A stretch of DNA of 64,000 nt, taken from contig CM106585.1 in assembly GCA_048013815.1 (NCBI GenBank), positions 13,144,001 through 13,208,000 of the forward strand. The letters are read 5' to 3'. The notes beneath the pieces are model-generated. The model saw only the letters and a list, made by a program, of their open reading frames with translations. It did not search any database and was not told where the DNA came from. Position 1 is the first letter of the stretch, and each line of letters starts with the position of its first letter. This DNA is from Setoptus koraiensis. Its lineage: Eukaryota; Animalia; Arthropoda. The translations under genes and the position numbers were made by a program. Shown here piece after piece: positions 36,782 through 48,560 of the stretch.

Positions 36782-38803
36782 TTGTTGCTGCTGTCGTTGT
36801 TGTTGCTGTTGTCGTTGTTGTTGTTGCTCGTTGCGGGCCGCACTAACGCCAAACTGGTCGCTCGCTTGCTCGGCGGGCCGGCCGTTGCTCTTCGGACGCC
36901 GGCCCCCGGGATTTGCGCCCCTAGGTGCGGCTGCAACCTCATTGGCCAGCCCTGTGTGCGTTCGTTTGCTGCTCTTTTCTATATGTTTGTATGATGTGTG
37001 TTGTTGTTGTTTTTGCTGGTCGTCGTTCTCTCTGGCGCTGTCAGCATCCGCTGAAAAAGTGCCTCTGGCCCCTTTGTGCGAGGCCAAGAAATTATTGTCG
37101 TTGTGCTTGTTTTCTTTATCCTCTTCGGTCAATTTTACTTCTTTTGTGCTTCTATTAATGCCAGTGCCTGCCGCTTGGCTGTCGTGCTGAGCTTGCTGAG
37201 CTGTTGAATTCTGCAGAAATGATGCAGACTGGTTAGTAGTGTTAGTAGTAGCTTGCTGCTTTGACAAACATTTCTTCCAATTACAACTGTTTGAGCGCCG
37301 GCAATTTAGTCTGAAAGAAACAACATCTAGAGGTCGCTGTCGCGCGCCTCTGCTGCCAGTATCACTATAACTATCTAGACACGTAGTCCATCTGCTAATA
37401 TCTGCTCCTAGCATCAGCCTGTCGATGTCAGTGTTGGCGCAACAATAGTCCAGAGTTAGTTGACCACTACTGTCGTCACCACCAGGTGAGCTTTTCGCTG
37501 GTTCACCTCGTGGCGAAACCAGCAGGCTCAGCAGGGAAACAGACAACGACGGCGTTACATTGCGTAACCAGCAGCACGATGATTGTGCTGCTTGGCGTGT
37601 GAGCTGAGCCGCTGAACTGTTGTTGTTGTTGTTACATAACAATAATAATCTAGTGCTGCTGGCGGATAAAGTGCTAAAGTCGCTGAGCCTCAAGGTGGGC
37701 CCAGAATTGACACAGCCATTGTGGCTAGAGGGCGCTCCTTCGTCTTCATTGAGTCGTCTATGGGAATGGCTCTCTGTTGTTGAAATTGTCGTTGTCGTCG
37801 TTGTTGTTGTGGTTGAATCGGTTTGCTCGAAATTGCTGAGCGGCGCGCCCACGCCTATGCCGTCATGATTATTTTCAACAATCCCTCTAGCGGTATTAAT
37901 ATTAAATTTGTGTTGAGTAGTCAAGCTGTTTTGTGCAATCAGAATATTTTGTGTATGCTCACACGGCCACCTGATGGTCGCCACCGGCGATTCTGACAAG
38001 TTGTGCGTTGTCTGTTGGCTGGGGCCGGGGCCGGCCACAGAGTCGTGCTGTTGGGGCCCCATCGTTGTCTGCCGTTGCTGACAATGACCGCTCACATCGC
38101 CACAACAAAAGCAGCAGCAATTTATCGCCAGCAGCAGCTCATTATCATCACAATTTAACAAGTTGACACATTTCACCTGTCTGTTCATGTTTACGACACT
38201 AACGGGGCCCTGCCGACAGGGGTCGTGGTCGCGACGATGATGAGCGTGACGGTTATGGTGATGTGGCGACCACAATGATGGCGATGATTCACTTGAGCAT
38301 AATACAGTGGCCGCCATAAACTCACTAACTTCCGGTTCCGGCGGCGCCGCTGCCGTTGCGTTGCATTGTCTCTTGTCTGACGGACTGTCGTGCTGCTCAC
38401 ATTGCTGCTGACACGTAACCGACGGTACCGGTAGCGGATTCACGCCGACGCGGCCCGGCGCCCGCTTGTCCGCTGTCGAGCCGGCCCGCTTGTCCGCTGT
38501 CGGGCCGGCCCGCTTAAGCGGCAGGGGCGACTTTGGGTCGGCGACTGGCACAGGTTTAAATGTTGTGGTTGCTTGCGCCAGCCGGAGCATGTGCTCGCGC
38601 GACAATTTGATTCTTTGAGATTTTTGAAATTGAGTATGAGATTGAGATGATCTGTGGTTGTGATCTGACCATGATTGGCTGGCCGCTGTCGATTTATGCC
38701 GGCCAGTGTTGTTGTTGTTGCTGTTGTTGTTGCTGTTGTTTGCGGGGGAACACAACAAAAGTTGCGCCCTGTCAGTGGAGTGGAATTGCGGGCCGGTTAT
38801 CAT
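33122..38803 (-). CDS. Octbeta2R: Beta-adrenergic-like octopamine receptor (class A GPCR), intronless ORF, 1893 aa from the first ATG
   Basis: The frame is open from an upstream TAA (38861-38863) to TGA at 33122-33124. The first ATG is at 38801-38803; the ORF track starts at a TTG. The C-terminal ~610 aa carry all aminergic 7TM motifs: GNSLV (TM1), SLACAD (TM2), CDVLFSTASILHLCCISIDRF (TM3, D3.32 at 34709-34711), WISS (TM4), SSSISFWIP (TM5), [24 protein letters not shown] (TM6) and FWIGYFNSTLNPLIYAYFN (TM7). MTFNASV, TASILHLCCIS and FWIGYFNS are typical of Octbeta receptors. The family call is firm; beta2 versus another beta paralogue and the true start codon are inferred. Confidence 0.9.
33275..34957 (-). 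other. 7TM domain of the octopamine receptor, including a ~300-aa third intracellular loop
   Basis: TM1 starts at about M1300 (34957) and the NPLIYAYFN of TM7 ends at about 33275. ICL3 runs from about 34380 to 33480 and is rich in His, Gln, Asn, Gly and Thr. Confidence 0.9.
35639..35701 (-). other. Extra hydrophobic helix (TM0 or internal signal peptide) in the receptor N-terminus
   Basis: LALQKLLIYALLLCLFDLLLV (aa 1052-1072) is preceded by GKR. An in-frame Met lies 31 aa upstream (M1021, 35792-35794, context aagATGa). The segment between it and TM1 has six N-glycosylation sequons (NGT, NNS, NSS, NAS, NRS, NVT). Confidence 0.6.
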
Positions 38804-39011
38804 TGCGTTGGCTGGCTGTTGGCTGTCAATTGTACACAACAGTCTATGTAACAACGTGATTTATGTCTCATTTATTCACTTAATTTAATTTTAAATTTTC
38901 TGTTGTTGCCGCTGCGATTCATATTTGCGCTGTAATTGTTATGCGTTGTTGCGTGATATGTAACTAGTGTAATGATACAATGCTAAAATTATCATCAATG
39001 TGCAATATGAG

Positions 39012-39052
<41 letters not shown>

Positions 39053-41835
39053 CGAGTTAGCAATGAAATTGCAGTTGCATATGTTGTCTATATGATAAGT
39101 GTATAATTTAATACTTGCTGCTGGCGTCGTTGTACAATTATGCAATTAAGTTACAATAATGCTGTCACTAATGATAATTATTAATTAAATTACAACAAAC
39201 CCTAAATACGTTGATGCCGCTGATATGAAACGCAAACGAGCAAACGATGACATCATCATCAGCATCCAATTCGAACGATTGCAACGACCTAGCCAACTTC
39301 CGGTGGCTTGTTTCCGGTTCAATTGCGGCGGCCACGTCGATGGCGGCTAGTAGCAGACTGGTGATGCGACGGATATGATGTGACAATTGCTTTCGCGAGT
39401 TGTCTTGAGTTGAGTCTCAATGATGATAATTTTTGTGATGTGTGAGTTATGCGGTGAGAGTCTAGATAGATATTTGAGTCTAGTTAACATTTAACATTGA
39501 CAGCGCCACTTGAATGAAATTGTTGAGACAGATTTGCGCGTGCCAGTGGATAAAATTACTGCATAAATTATTATTGTATAGTTTGCTATAACAACACGAC
39601 GACTCTTATCTTGTCTGTGAGCTGACTTGATTAATATTGATTAATTAATTGATTGATTAATTAATAAATGTTGCAGTTGTATTATCTGTTGGGTCGAGTT
39701 TGTTTGAGTTGCGTGCTCTAAATACTCACTAATGGAACAATAATAGTAATAATAATTTACATCACATGCTCGCTAGCTGTCACTGGGTCACTGGGGTATC
39801 TATGGTGCTGGCATGCGGCAACAGGCCACAGTGCAGACCGCGTGTTAGAGCGTATAATTAATAATATCTGCTGTGTATGAATGCTGCCGATATGAATGAA
39901 GTTGCTGCTGTTGCGTAACAATTGTTGCGTTTCCACAATAGTCGTCTACAAATTGGCACGGATGTTTGGAGCGCGCGATCTGATAATTTGTTTGTTTGTT
40001 TACTGCTGCTGCTGGCGATTTGAGCTTCGTTTGGCCCAAGAGTTGACCCCTCTGTCGAGTGTGTGTCTCAGTCAAGTGTGCAGATGGATGAATGATTATA
40101 ACGGATTATCCATGGCGGATGTTGAGCGGTGCGGTCGCTTGTTGCACAATCGCTGTATATTGTTTGTATGGCAAGAGAGAGAGAGATTGATCAAATTAGT
40201 GTTTGTTGTTACGTCATCGGTGGTTAGTCAGTGAGTGTGTGTGTGTGCGTGTGTGTGTGTGTGTGTGCGTGTAGTTGTGGGGGCGGGCAAATTAGTAGGT
40301 GGGCATAAATCGGTGGCGGGGCTTCGATCAATTATATCAATGAGTCGACTGACGAGCACTCGTCGAGCAGTCGCGCTCGACAAAAGGTGAGCTCAAGACG
40401 AGCACACGCAAAGAATGATGATAAAATGGCAACAATTTACAATAAACTGCTCGCTGCAGCCGTCATAATGGCGACGATTACACCGACAACGACAGCAACA
40501 ACAATTGTCAACAATCGGTGTGTGTCATGTCATCTTTTCAACAACCGGCGCGACAGCCGCAACAACCGGCGCAACAGCCACAACAACCGGCGCAACAACA
40601 GCGACAACAGCGACAACAACAGCGACAACAGCGACAACGGCGACAACAACGACAGCGACAACGGCGACGCAACAACCACAACAATGACACAACAAGCGCA
40701 CGAAAACACTATTAGTAAACGACGTGACCAAGCGATTGTGCACAAGCACTTACACATAAACAATTATAGTTGATTAAACATAATATGCTACACGAAAAGC
40801 GACTCACATCTACATATTGAATAGGGCAATTGAATCGGCAAACTTGTTTGCAATTTATTGAATTTATTTCGCGTTTCAGGGTTACACGACGCGCGCGACA
40901 TGGCTCCGATTTACAACAGATTTACAAATGCTCGCTTGAGCCTCGCCAAGGCGCCATTCACCGCCATTCACAAACGCAAGCCTTGCCAAGCCGAGATTCA
41001 CGCAGCCGAGATTCACAATGGCGAGACTGGCAATGGCGAGACTGGCAGTGGCGAGACTTGTGAGTGCGAGTTTTCTGGCTGCAAGATTCATAAATGAGAA
41101 ACGACACACACAAACGAAACACATTCATAAACGAAAGATGCATAAATGAGAAACGAAACATAAATAAACGAAGGAAAGCAGTCGCTGATAGATGGCGCAT
41201 TGACTCTCTTGGCCGATTCACCTGTGCCGGCGTTCATTAGCGGCGCCAAGACAACATTGTGGCAACACAACATTGCGGCATCACAACAACAACGCAAACT
41301 CACGCCGACAGAGGGGCGCAAACATTGACAGATAAACAGAGACTGAGCGTAACATTGTGACAAGTGCAATTTGCAGAGTGCAATGAATTGTCACGCTCCT
41401 GTCTGATTGTGCAATTTTGCAGCGACTCGCCGCTGCAAACCGAAAACAATCGCCGTCCAATGTTTGCCTGTTGGCCGGCCCCACTTCCGGCTACCTGAGT
41501 CGCTCGTTTGTTTGTGTGCGGCGGGCGCGGCGAGCCGCTCGCGAGGCCGCTGTCGCCGAAAGTCACATTTGTCGCTGTTGTCGCCCAAATTCAAGCTCGC
41601 TGTTGGTGTCGCTGTTGTCGCCGAGATGCAAATTTGTCGCTCGTGTCGCCCAAATTCAAGCTCGTCGCCGTTGTCGCCCAAAGCCGGCACAACGATCAAT
41701 CAACGATCAATCAACGATCAACGCCACATGATCACGCTGTGATGGCGCCGTGGCCCCCTCCCGCCGAGCGCCGCATGACCAATTGACCGAGTGCGACGCA
41801 AACGATTGGCGCATCGGCGGGCCGCATTGACAGAT

Positions 41836-41867
41836 GCCATTAACAATCGGTGCCGATTGTTAATGGC
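41836..41867. repeat. Perfect 15-bp inverted repeat with a 2-nt loop
   Basis: gccattaacaatcgg-tg-ccgattgttaatggc. Confidence 0.95.
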
Positions 41868-43180
41868 GTCAATAATCCCATAGTTCCAATATCCCCCGAC
41901 GTGATGTTATTTATATCATCATCATCATTATTATTATGTTGTTTGCCAGGTTAACAAACTGTCTGGCTGCGTCGCAAGCTGTGCTGCTGTCAGACGCGAT
42001 TCCATCACTCTGACGTGGCGTCGTTTCTGGCTGACGCTTGCATCATATTTTGGCAAATTCTCGGCAAATTCTCGGCGAATTCTCGGCAAATTTTCGGATT
42101 CTCCCCTCGCTAGACGCACCGTCGCGCCAGACGTTCCGCCAGACGCGGCGCGGAATCCCGTGCCCGTTTGACGGGCGCGGCAACAACTTGAGACGCTGCC
42201 AACGCAGTGACATAATTACTTGAAATTCAATGCCATCCACTCGTGTGCGCCATTGTGTGCCGCCCTGCGCGCCCCCTCGCCCCTCCGCAATGGATTGAAT
42301 TCGCGCCACTGTAATCAGCATTCATTGCCCGCGGCCGACGGCCTTGCCAGCCGCCCGGCCCTCGTCGCCCGGCTCACATCGCGCGGACGGCCCGCCACTG
42401 TGGACGCGCAGGCAGAGTCACGCCCAGTCAATCCCACGACGAGCTTATCAATGCAGTTCATTATGCAGCAGCGGCAGCATAATGGCGGCACGCCCTCGCG
42501 CGGCTCCGCTGTCGGTGGCGCTGTTGTTGCTGGCGCGGTTGTCGTCGGCGCGCTTGTTGTGCCGCTAATGGGCACAGATACACACACACACAGGGAGGCA
42601 AAGGGAGCGAGACAAACAACAACTTCGACGGCAAGACATGATATATACAAACAAAATAAATCACACAACTTGTGATGGACGCGCTGACGAGCTTGCCATC
42701 GAGCCAGCTCATACATATTCAAGCCTCATAAAATACAACACATTTGGGCAGGGGGGGGGACAAAAGCGGCGCCATTGGTCTGGCTGGCGAGCGGCGGGCG
42801 CAAATTGGCCCGCGTCTATCATTAGCGTCATTGTCACTGTTGGTCTGGTTGGCTTTTTGCCTTCCCCCCTCTGCCACGGTTGTTGGCGAGCTACGGTTGT
42901 TGGCGAGCTACGGTTGTTGGCGAGGTTGTTGGCGAGGTTGTTGGTAGGTTGTTGGTGCCGACGCCCCGATCGCCGCACAACAGCCACACAACAACGAAAG
43001 CGGCGGCGACAACAACGACAACAACAACAAAAACTGTTATTTTCTCGACTCAATGCCGCTCGTGCAATCATATAGGCGACTGCAGCAATGATGCAATGGC
43101 TCGCCAACAACCACTTATGTGCACGACGACTTTGTTCTGCGTTTGTGTGCGGCCGGACCGCGTTGAGAGCGCCACCGGAC

Positions 43181-43218
43181 CGGCGCGGCCCGTTCGGGCA
43201 TCCGAACGGGCCGCGCCG
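43181..43218. repeat. Perfect 17-bp inverted repeat with a 4-nt loop
   Basis: cggcgcggcccgttcgg-gcat-ccgaacgggccgcgccg. Confidence 0.95.
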
Positions 43219-45599
43219 TGGGCCGCACGACGGGCCGCACTATGGGCCCGCGACGGCCAGTCGGCCGGCTAGATAATTTTCGGGATAATTTTTGGGAGGG
43301 CGGGGGGCGACCTAAATTCGGCGTTTCGGCGCTCTGGCGTTTGGCGCTTCGGCCGGCAGAGGGCCGAATTGTGCGCAAGATGTTGTGTGCCGCAAAGCGG
43401 CGTGCCGGTGCCATCGGCTGTCATACACGATTTGTGACAGTTATCGTGCGACAAATCGCAGCGAGATTCAGCAACAACAAAAAAAGATTGCGCAACATGC
43501 CGATAATCGCCGGCGAGCTAGCGCCGCGTGCCGCAATGTCAGTGCATGTCAGTGCGATTTATCAGCTGGCTATCATATCATGAGAGCCAGCGCAATTAGC
43601 GAGTTACGGTGACAGCCGACAACGGCCAACAGCCAATTTGGTGGGCAGTTGAATCGCCAACTAAAGGTAATTATGTATTGGGCGCGCGCATTATGCAAAT
43701 AGCCGGCCGGCGCCACGTGCACAATCGGTGCGCCGCTCGACCGGCTGCGCCGTGTGCCGACGGCGCCACCAACGGCAACAGCGACAACAACAGCGACAAC
43801 AACAGCAACGGCCACGGCGACAACAACAGCAACGGCCACGGCGACAGCAAAAGTGACGTAACCGATACACGACAACGAAACAAAACAATGCAGCAGCAAT
43901 CACTCACGGCGCGTGGTCAGCTGTAGCGTAGTGGCGATAATTGCGTGGGCCGCGCCGAGCCCAGCGTTGCAGTGGTCAGCTGTTGGCGTGACAGCTAGCA
44001 TCTTGAGTGTCGGTGTCGCGTTGCGTAACACGCTGGCCATTGGGCCGGCTGGCGAGACATTAGATTAGATCATCGATCGAGCGCGGTGCCTCGTGCGCTC
44101 GGCACAACGCGCGCGCCAGCTCGGCACACGGCGCGCACAATACGTCAGTGTTGTGTGTCAGCAAAATCACTTTTTTGCTTGCTTGGCTTTGTTTTGTTTG
44201 TGACAGCGGCATTGATCATGTTAACAACGCGCTCAGCGCACAATTACGTAACGGGATACGTAATTGTACGTGGCCGCCGTCGCCTGGCAGCCAGCGAGCG
44301 AGTGAGCAGCGAAAAATTTCGTCGCCGTGGTTGTCGTCGTCGTCGTCGTCGTCGGCTGCAAATACGGACGACACGACAGGCTCAAATCAGCGCAAATCTC
44401 TGCATACACTCGCCGGCGGTGTGATAACACGGATAACAACAATGGCGCCCAATAATGATATTAATATTAATAGCAATGCTAATACGCAACAACAGCGCCA
44501 ACGACAGCGCCAACAACAGCGCCAACAACAGCGACAACAGCGCAACAACAACAACAACAACAACGGCAACAGCCACGACACGACGTCTTTGTTGTTGCGC
44601 AATAGTGGCAACAGTCGGCATTGTGGGCGCCCAGCAGTAAACTTGTCGACACTGTTGTCATAAAATATAATATATATGCACAATGAATGGTTTTATAGCG
44701 TGGCGGCGCCATGAAAATCAAGTACTAATTATCGCCATTTAGCCATGAATTATTCATGCTCTTCCCTGGCCGCTCTCTCTCTTTTTATCCGGCTCTTGCG
44801 GGCTCTCGCGGGCTCTATCCGGCCGCGGCCGGCCGGCGCCCTGGCGGCAACAACCGGCAAACATACCGCCAGCATATACATACCGCCAGCATATACATAC
44901 CGCCAGCATATACATACTATAATGATAATATACGCAATATATGCATGTTTTGCGCCCACATGTCGACACCGGCCCAATACACTTACACTTGCCAGCACAA
45001 TGGCGCGCATATTGGCTTGTGACGTGCCACTCAACTCCATCATATCTCTATTAATACCTGTCTGTGTCGGGCAGGCGGGCGGGCCGGCACAAATCCGCGC
45101 CGCAAACACGCCAGGCGGCTGCATATTACAAATGTTATTATTGTATTATCGCCTGACGCGGGCTAATAATCGCTGCCGGCTGCCGCTGTCGGCTGCTCGC
45201 TGCCTCCATTGCCGCCCGATCCGCGCCCGTCCATCGGCTGTCGATCGGCCCGCCGTCGTCACACAACAAGCTCACCTGAGCCAGCTTGACCCGGCCCAGC
45301 TCACCTGTTTAATGGCACCGCTAATAGCGTGATTTGAGCGTCAGACGGCGCTGGCTCCATTTCCATACACACACACACTGACATAAAAATAAATTCGCCA
45401 AGAGAGTGCCATTCTTTTCTCGCCATTATCCGACACTCTAATCGGCGCATAAGCAATTCGCGGAATTCTTCTTACTCTCACTTATACGGTCCAAGTTGGA
45501 CCGCGCAAGCTACAGATAACTCTCGCCAGCTTGACGCCCACTGTCTGGCCAGCCTCATTCCCGCCGCCGTCATTGCGACCGTCCGACCGGCCCGAGCGC

Positions 45600-45920
45600 C
45601 GCCCTCCCGCCTCCCACCTGCCGCTGCTCAGGCGGGAGCAGCCCTCAACTCCTTTTCAAACACAACTTCTTTCACAAGTTAATTTCAGAGATAAAACTAA
45701 CTGCAACGTAGCTGCCAGCAAGCAAGATATTCGCGAGATGTTCGATCGAAAAATAAACAAGTTTTACGTTTATTCTTGATCGATTCGTCCAAATCGCATC
45801 CGGTTTCAGTTGTTTCATTCAGAGCTTCTGCCGCCTGAAAGGCAGCATGTCGGGCGGCCCCCGCCTCGGAAGCGGGAGGCGGGAGGTGGAAGGCATACCT
45901 GCCCCGACGGCCACGGCGCT
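45600..45920. mobile_element. Older degenerate copy of the same MITE family, directly adjacent
   Basis: The core 45759-45813 matches 46158-46212 at 47/55 positions. It has degenerate cctcccgcctccc and gggaggcgggagg arms and a decayed right-TIR-like acctgccccga near 45897-45907. Confidence 0.75.
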
Positions 45921-45933
45921 CACAGGGCGCCGA

Positions 45934-46404
45934 TAGTGATCGGGGGAGGTTGGGAGGCGACCTCCCCGCTGGGAGGCGGGAGGTCCTCCCCCGGGAGGTG
46001 ACCTCCCCCTCCCGCCTCCCGGCACCTCCCAGTCGACCTCCCGCCTCCCACCTCCCGCCTCCCGCTTTTCAGGCGGGAGGAGCTCGACCTCCCAGAAAAA
46101 AGAAAATACTGTAAAGTAGTTTCTAGGAAGCGAAATTTATGTAATAGAACAATTAATAAGTTTTACATATATTCTTGATGAATTCATCCAAATTACATCC
46201 TGTTTCAGTTGTCTTAACCAAAGTGGGAGGTCGAGCTCCTCCCGCTTTTTAGGCGGGAGGGGGAGGTGGGAGGCGGGAGGTCGACTGGGAGGTGCCGGGA
46301 GGCGGGAGGTGGGAGGCCAACTGGGAGGGGGAGGCGGGAGGCGGGAGGTCCAAGACCATATAGCGGGAGGTGGGAGGCGGGAGGAATACCTCCCCCGATC
46401 ACTA
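45934..46404. mobile_element. Intact non-autonomous hAT-type MITE (471 bp)
   Basis: Perfect 17-bp TIRs TAGTGATCGGGGGAGGT (45934-45950 and 46388-46404). Exact 8-bp TSD GGCGCCGA (45926-45933 and 46405-46412). Long imperfect subterminal inverted arms of GGGAGGC/GGGAGGT heptamers (about 46010-46093 vs 46224-46310) surround an AT-rich ~130-bp core. An 8-bp TSD with TAG-starting TIRs is a hAT signature. Confidence 0.92.
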
Positions 46405-46444
46405 GGCGCCGAACCCCATTCGAATTTGGCGCCCGCCCAATCAC

Positions 46445-46562
46445 CGGGCCCAGTCCGGACTCTCTTCAGCGGGCCCAGTCGGGACTCTCTTCAGCGGGCC
46501 CAGTCGGGACTCTCTTCAGCGGGCCCAGTCGGGACTCTCTTCAACAGGCCCAGTCGAGACTC
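46445..46562. repeat. 25-bp minisatellite cgggcccagtcgggactctcttcag, about 4.7 copies
   Basis: Directly visible; starts about 30 bp after the MITE TSD. Confidence 0.95.
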
Positions 46563-46902
46563 GCCCTGACGGGCCCAAACGCAAGCCGACAGAACGACAA
46601 CGGCCCGACAGCGGCGGATATTTGCCTAGGCGGCCCGTTGTATCTGTCTATAATATCACACTGTCTATAACTGTGTGAATGCATTGCGAAAATGCAGCGG
46701 CAGCAGCCAGAAATAGAAAATAAATATCAAAATGTATGCACTTGATTCGTGTGTGTGTGTGTGTGTGCGTCTAGACGAGACTCTAGCGGCAACCGATACA
46801 ATTGCCGCCGCACCACTAACGACTCCGGGCCCCACTCATATCTCGAGTCTCTGGGGCCCGCCGGGACCCCTTATACGCCTCTATACATGGAGCCCCTTTA
46901 TA

Positions 46903-46998
46903 CACAGAGACCTCTCGTGCACAGAGACCTCTCGTGCACAGAGACCTCTCGTGCACAGAGACCTCTCGTGCACAGAGACCTCTCGTGCACAGAGACCT
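46903..46998. repeat. 17-bp quasi-palindromic minisatellite cacagagacctctcgtg, about 5.6 copies
   Basis: Directly visible; the unit can fold (cac-a-gaga/tctc-gtg). Confidence 0.95.
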
Positions 46999-47182
46999 GT
47001 GTCTCCGGCCGGCGCGCCGACGATCTTGGATTCGGGTCGTCGGGGGCCCCTCAGGGTGTGGCGTCTCTTTTGTGTGTCGTAACGAAATTCGCGCCTTTTT
47101 ATCTGGCGAGACTGGGCAGCGACTAGAGAACTCTCAAATTCACAGCACAACACACACAACTCTCTCGTACGACTCACTGTAG

Positions 47183-47300
47183 CCGCTGTGGCACTGGCAG
47201 AGCAAACTGGCGAACAGGCAGCCAGTTAGCGAGAGCTCAACTTGGGCCCACAGCGAGCTAACAAACTGTCGGATCGGCAGATAAAAAGAGGGGCAGCGAT
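47183..47300 (+). pseudogene. Possible hAT dimerisation-domain remnant
   Basis: PLWHWQSKLANRQPV, then after a frameshift LARAQLGPTAS*..SADKKR. This resembles PLxWW..FPxLxxLARxxLxIPATS..SAG..KKR. Weak. Confidence 0.3.
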
Positions 47301-47905
47301 AGAGTGCGCTGTGCAATTTCAAACGGATTTTGCACATTCTGTACTGTAGTACACTGACTACAGCGTAGTCACTGAAATGGATGGAAGGGGGCCAATGCAC
47401 GCCATATCGATTTTGTCGCTCGTTTCCTTATTGCAATGGCGCGGAAGTTGGCCCCCATTGGCTCGCCAACCATGACAGCCAACTGCAGCGAGCGCCAACT
47501 GCAGCCAAAACAAAGTTTACTTTGAATCGGATATTTCATCATCATCACTAGATAACTAGATCACAAACACAAACACTGGCACGCACACACACAAGATCGT
47601 TTTAAAGTTTGCAGCAGCTCTTTGGCTTCACCAGTTTGGGGCCCCAGACCCGTGCGCCCCAAACAACTCGACGCTGTCTCGTGACGCAACCAACGTTGCC
47701 GCTCCCATCCGCTGACGCTTCAATCTGCCAAGCGATGGCCTGTCAAGCTTGGGGCCGACTGGCGACTGGCCCCAAGCTGCCTGGCGGGGCCAAGCGCGGT
47801 AGGTGTGCTGTGCCTGCGCGGCGAGCAGCGAGCATTGGCACACTGACTGATTTCACAGTGTAGCCACAGTCAACGGATTCAAAACTGGCACGCTACGACA
47901 TGTTT

Positions 47906-47945
47906 CAGTTGGCACAGTCGACACAAATGCCGACTGTGCCAACTG
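47906..47945. repeat. Perfect 15-bp inverted repeat with a 10-nt loop
   Basis: cagttggcacagtcg-acacaaatgc-cgactgtgccaactg. Confidence 0.95.
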
Positions 47946-48520
47946 CAGCATAATGTAGTGCGCGATGTGCGCATCATCAGATCGCCTCAGCGGCCGCTTG
48001 TCTGGCGAGCTGTCTAGACGACAAGCGGGGGGCGACTGTTTTTGCCGTGGAAAGGCAAAAAGTCAACAATATCGGCCCGTGAATCAATGACTGCGGATGA
48101 GACGCACAATTGTGGTGGGCGCCCGCATGCCGTCCATCTCGGCAGTGACTTGGCAGTGACTCGGCAGTCTCAAGGGCGCCAATTTGTGTCTATTTCGGTC
48201 ATTTCTCACAATTGTCGGCTTTGTCCAGTCCAAGGGCATCGCAGCACAGCTACATTTAACAGCACCGTTATTCTGTGCGCTGCGCCGTGCCGCGCCGTGC
48301 TGTGGCTGCGCCGACGGGGCCTCAACACGGCACAATGAACCGGGCCCGACGGGGACCATTTGTATTCGTGCGCGACAAGTGGCCCCTCCCCCTCCCCCCA
48401 TCACCCAAACTCTGTGCTGAGCAAGCAGCGGCCGCGCCAGACAACATTAATTGAGGCCACTATCTGTTGTTGCATTACATTGGGCGCGAATATTGGCGCT
48501 CGACTCGTCGTCTGAGACGG

Positions 48521-48560
48521 GCTCACGTCGGGGCCCGCCGATCGGGGCCCCGACGTGAGC
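48521..48560. repeat. Perfect 16-bp inverted repeat with an 8-nt loop
   Basis: gctcacgtcggggccc-gccgatcg-gggccccgacgtgagc. Confidence 0.95.

Noticed and set aside
113-43725. CACGTG E-boxes as a clock signature
   Set aside because: Only about six seen, fewer than the ~15 expected by chance, so no enrichment.
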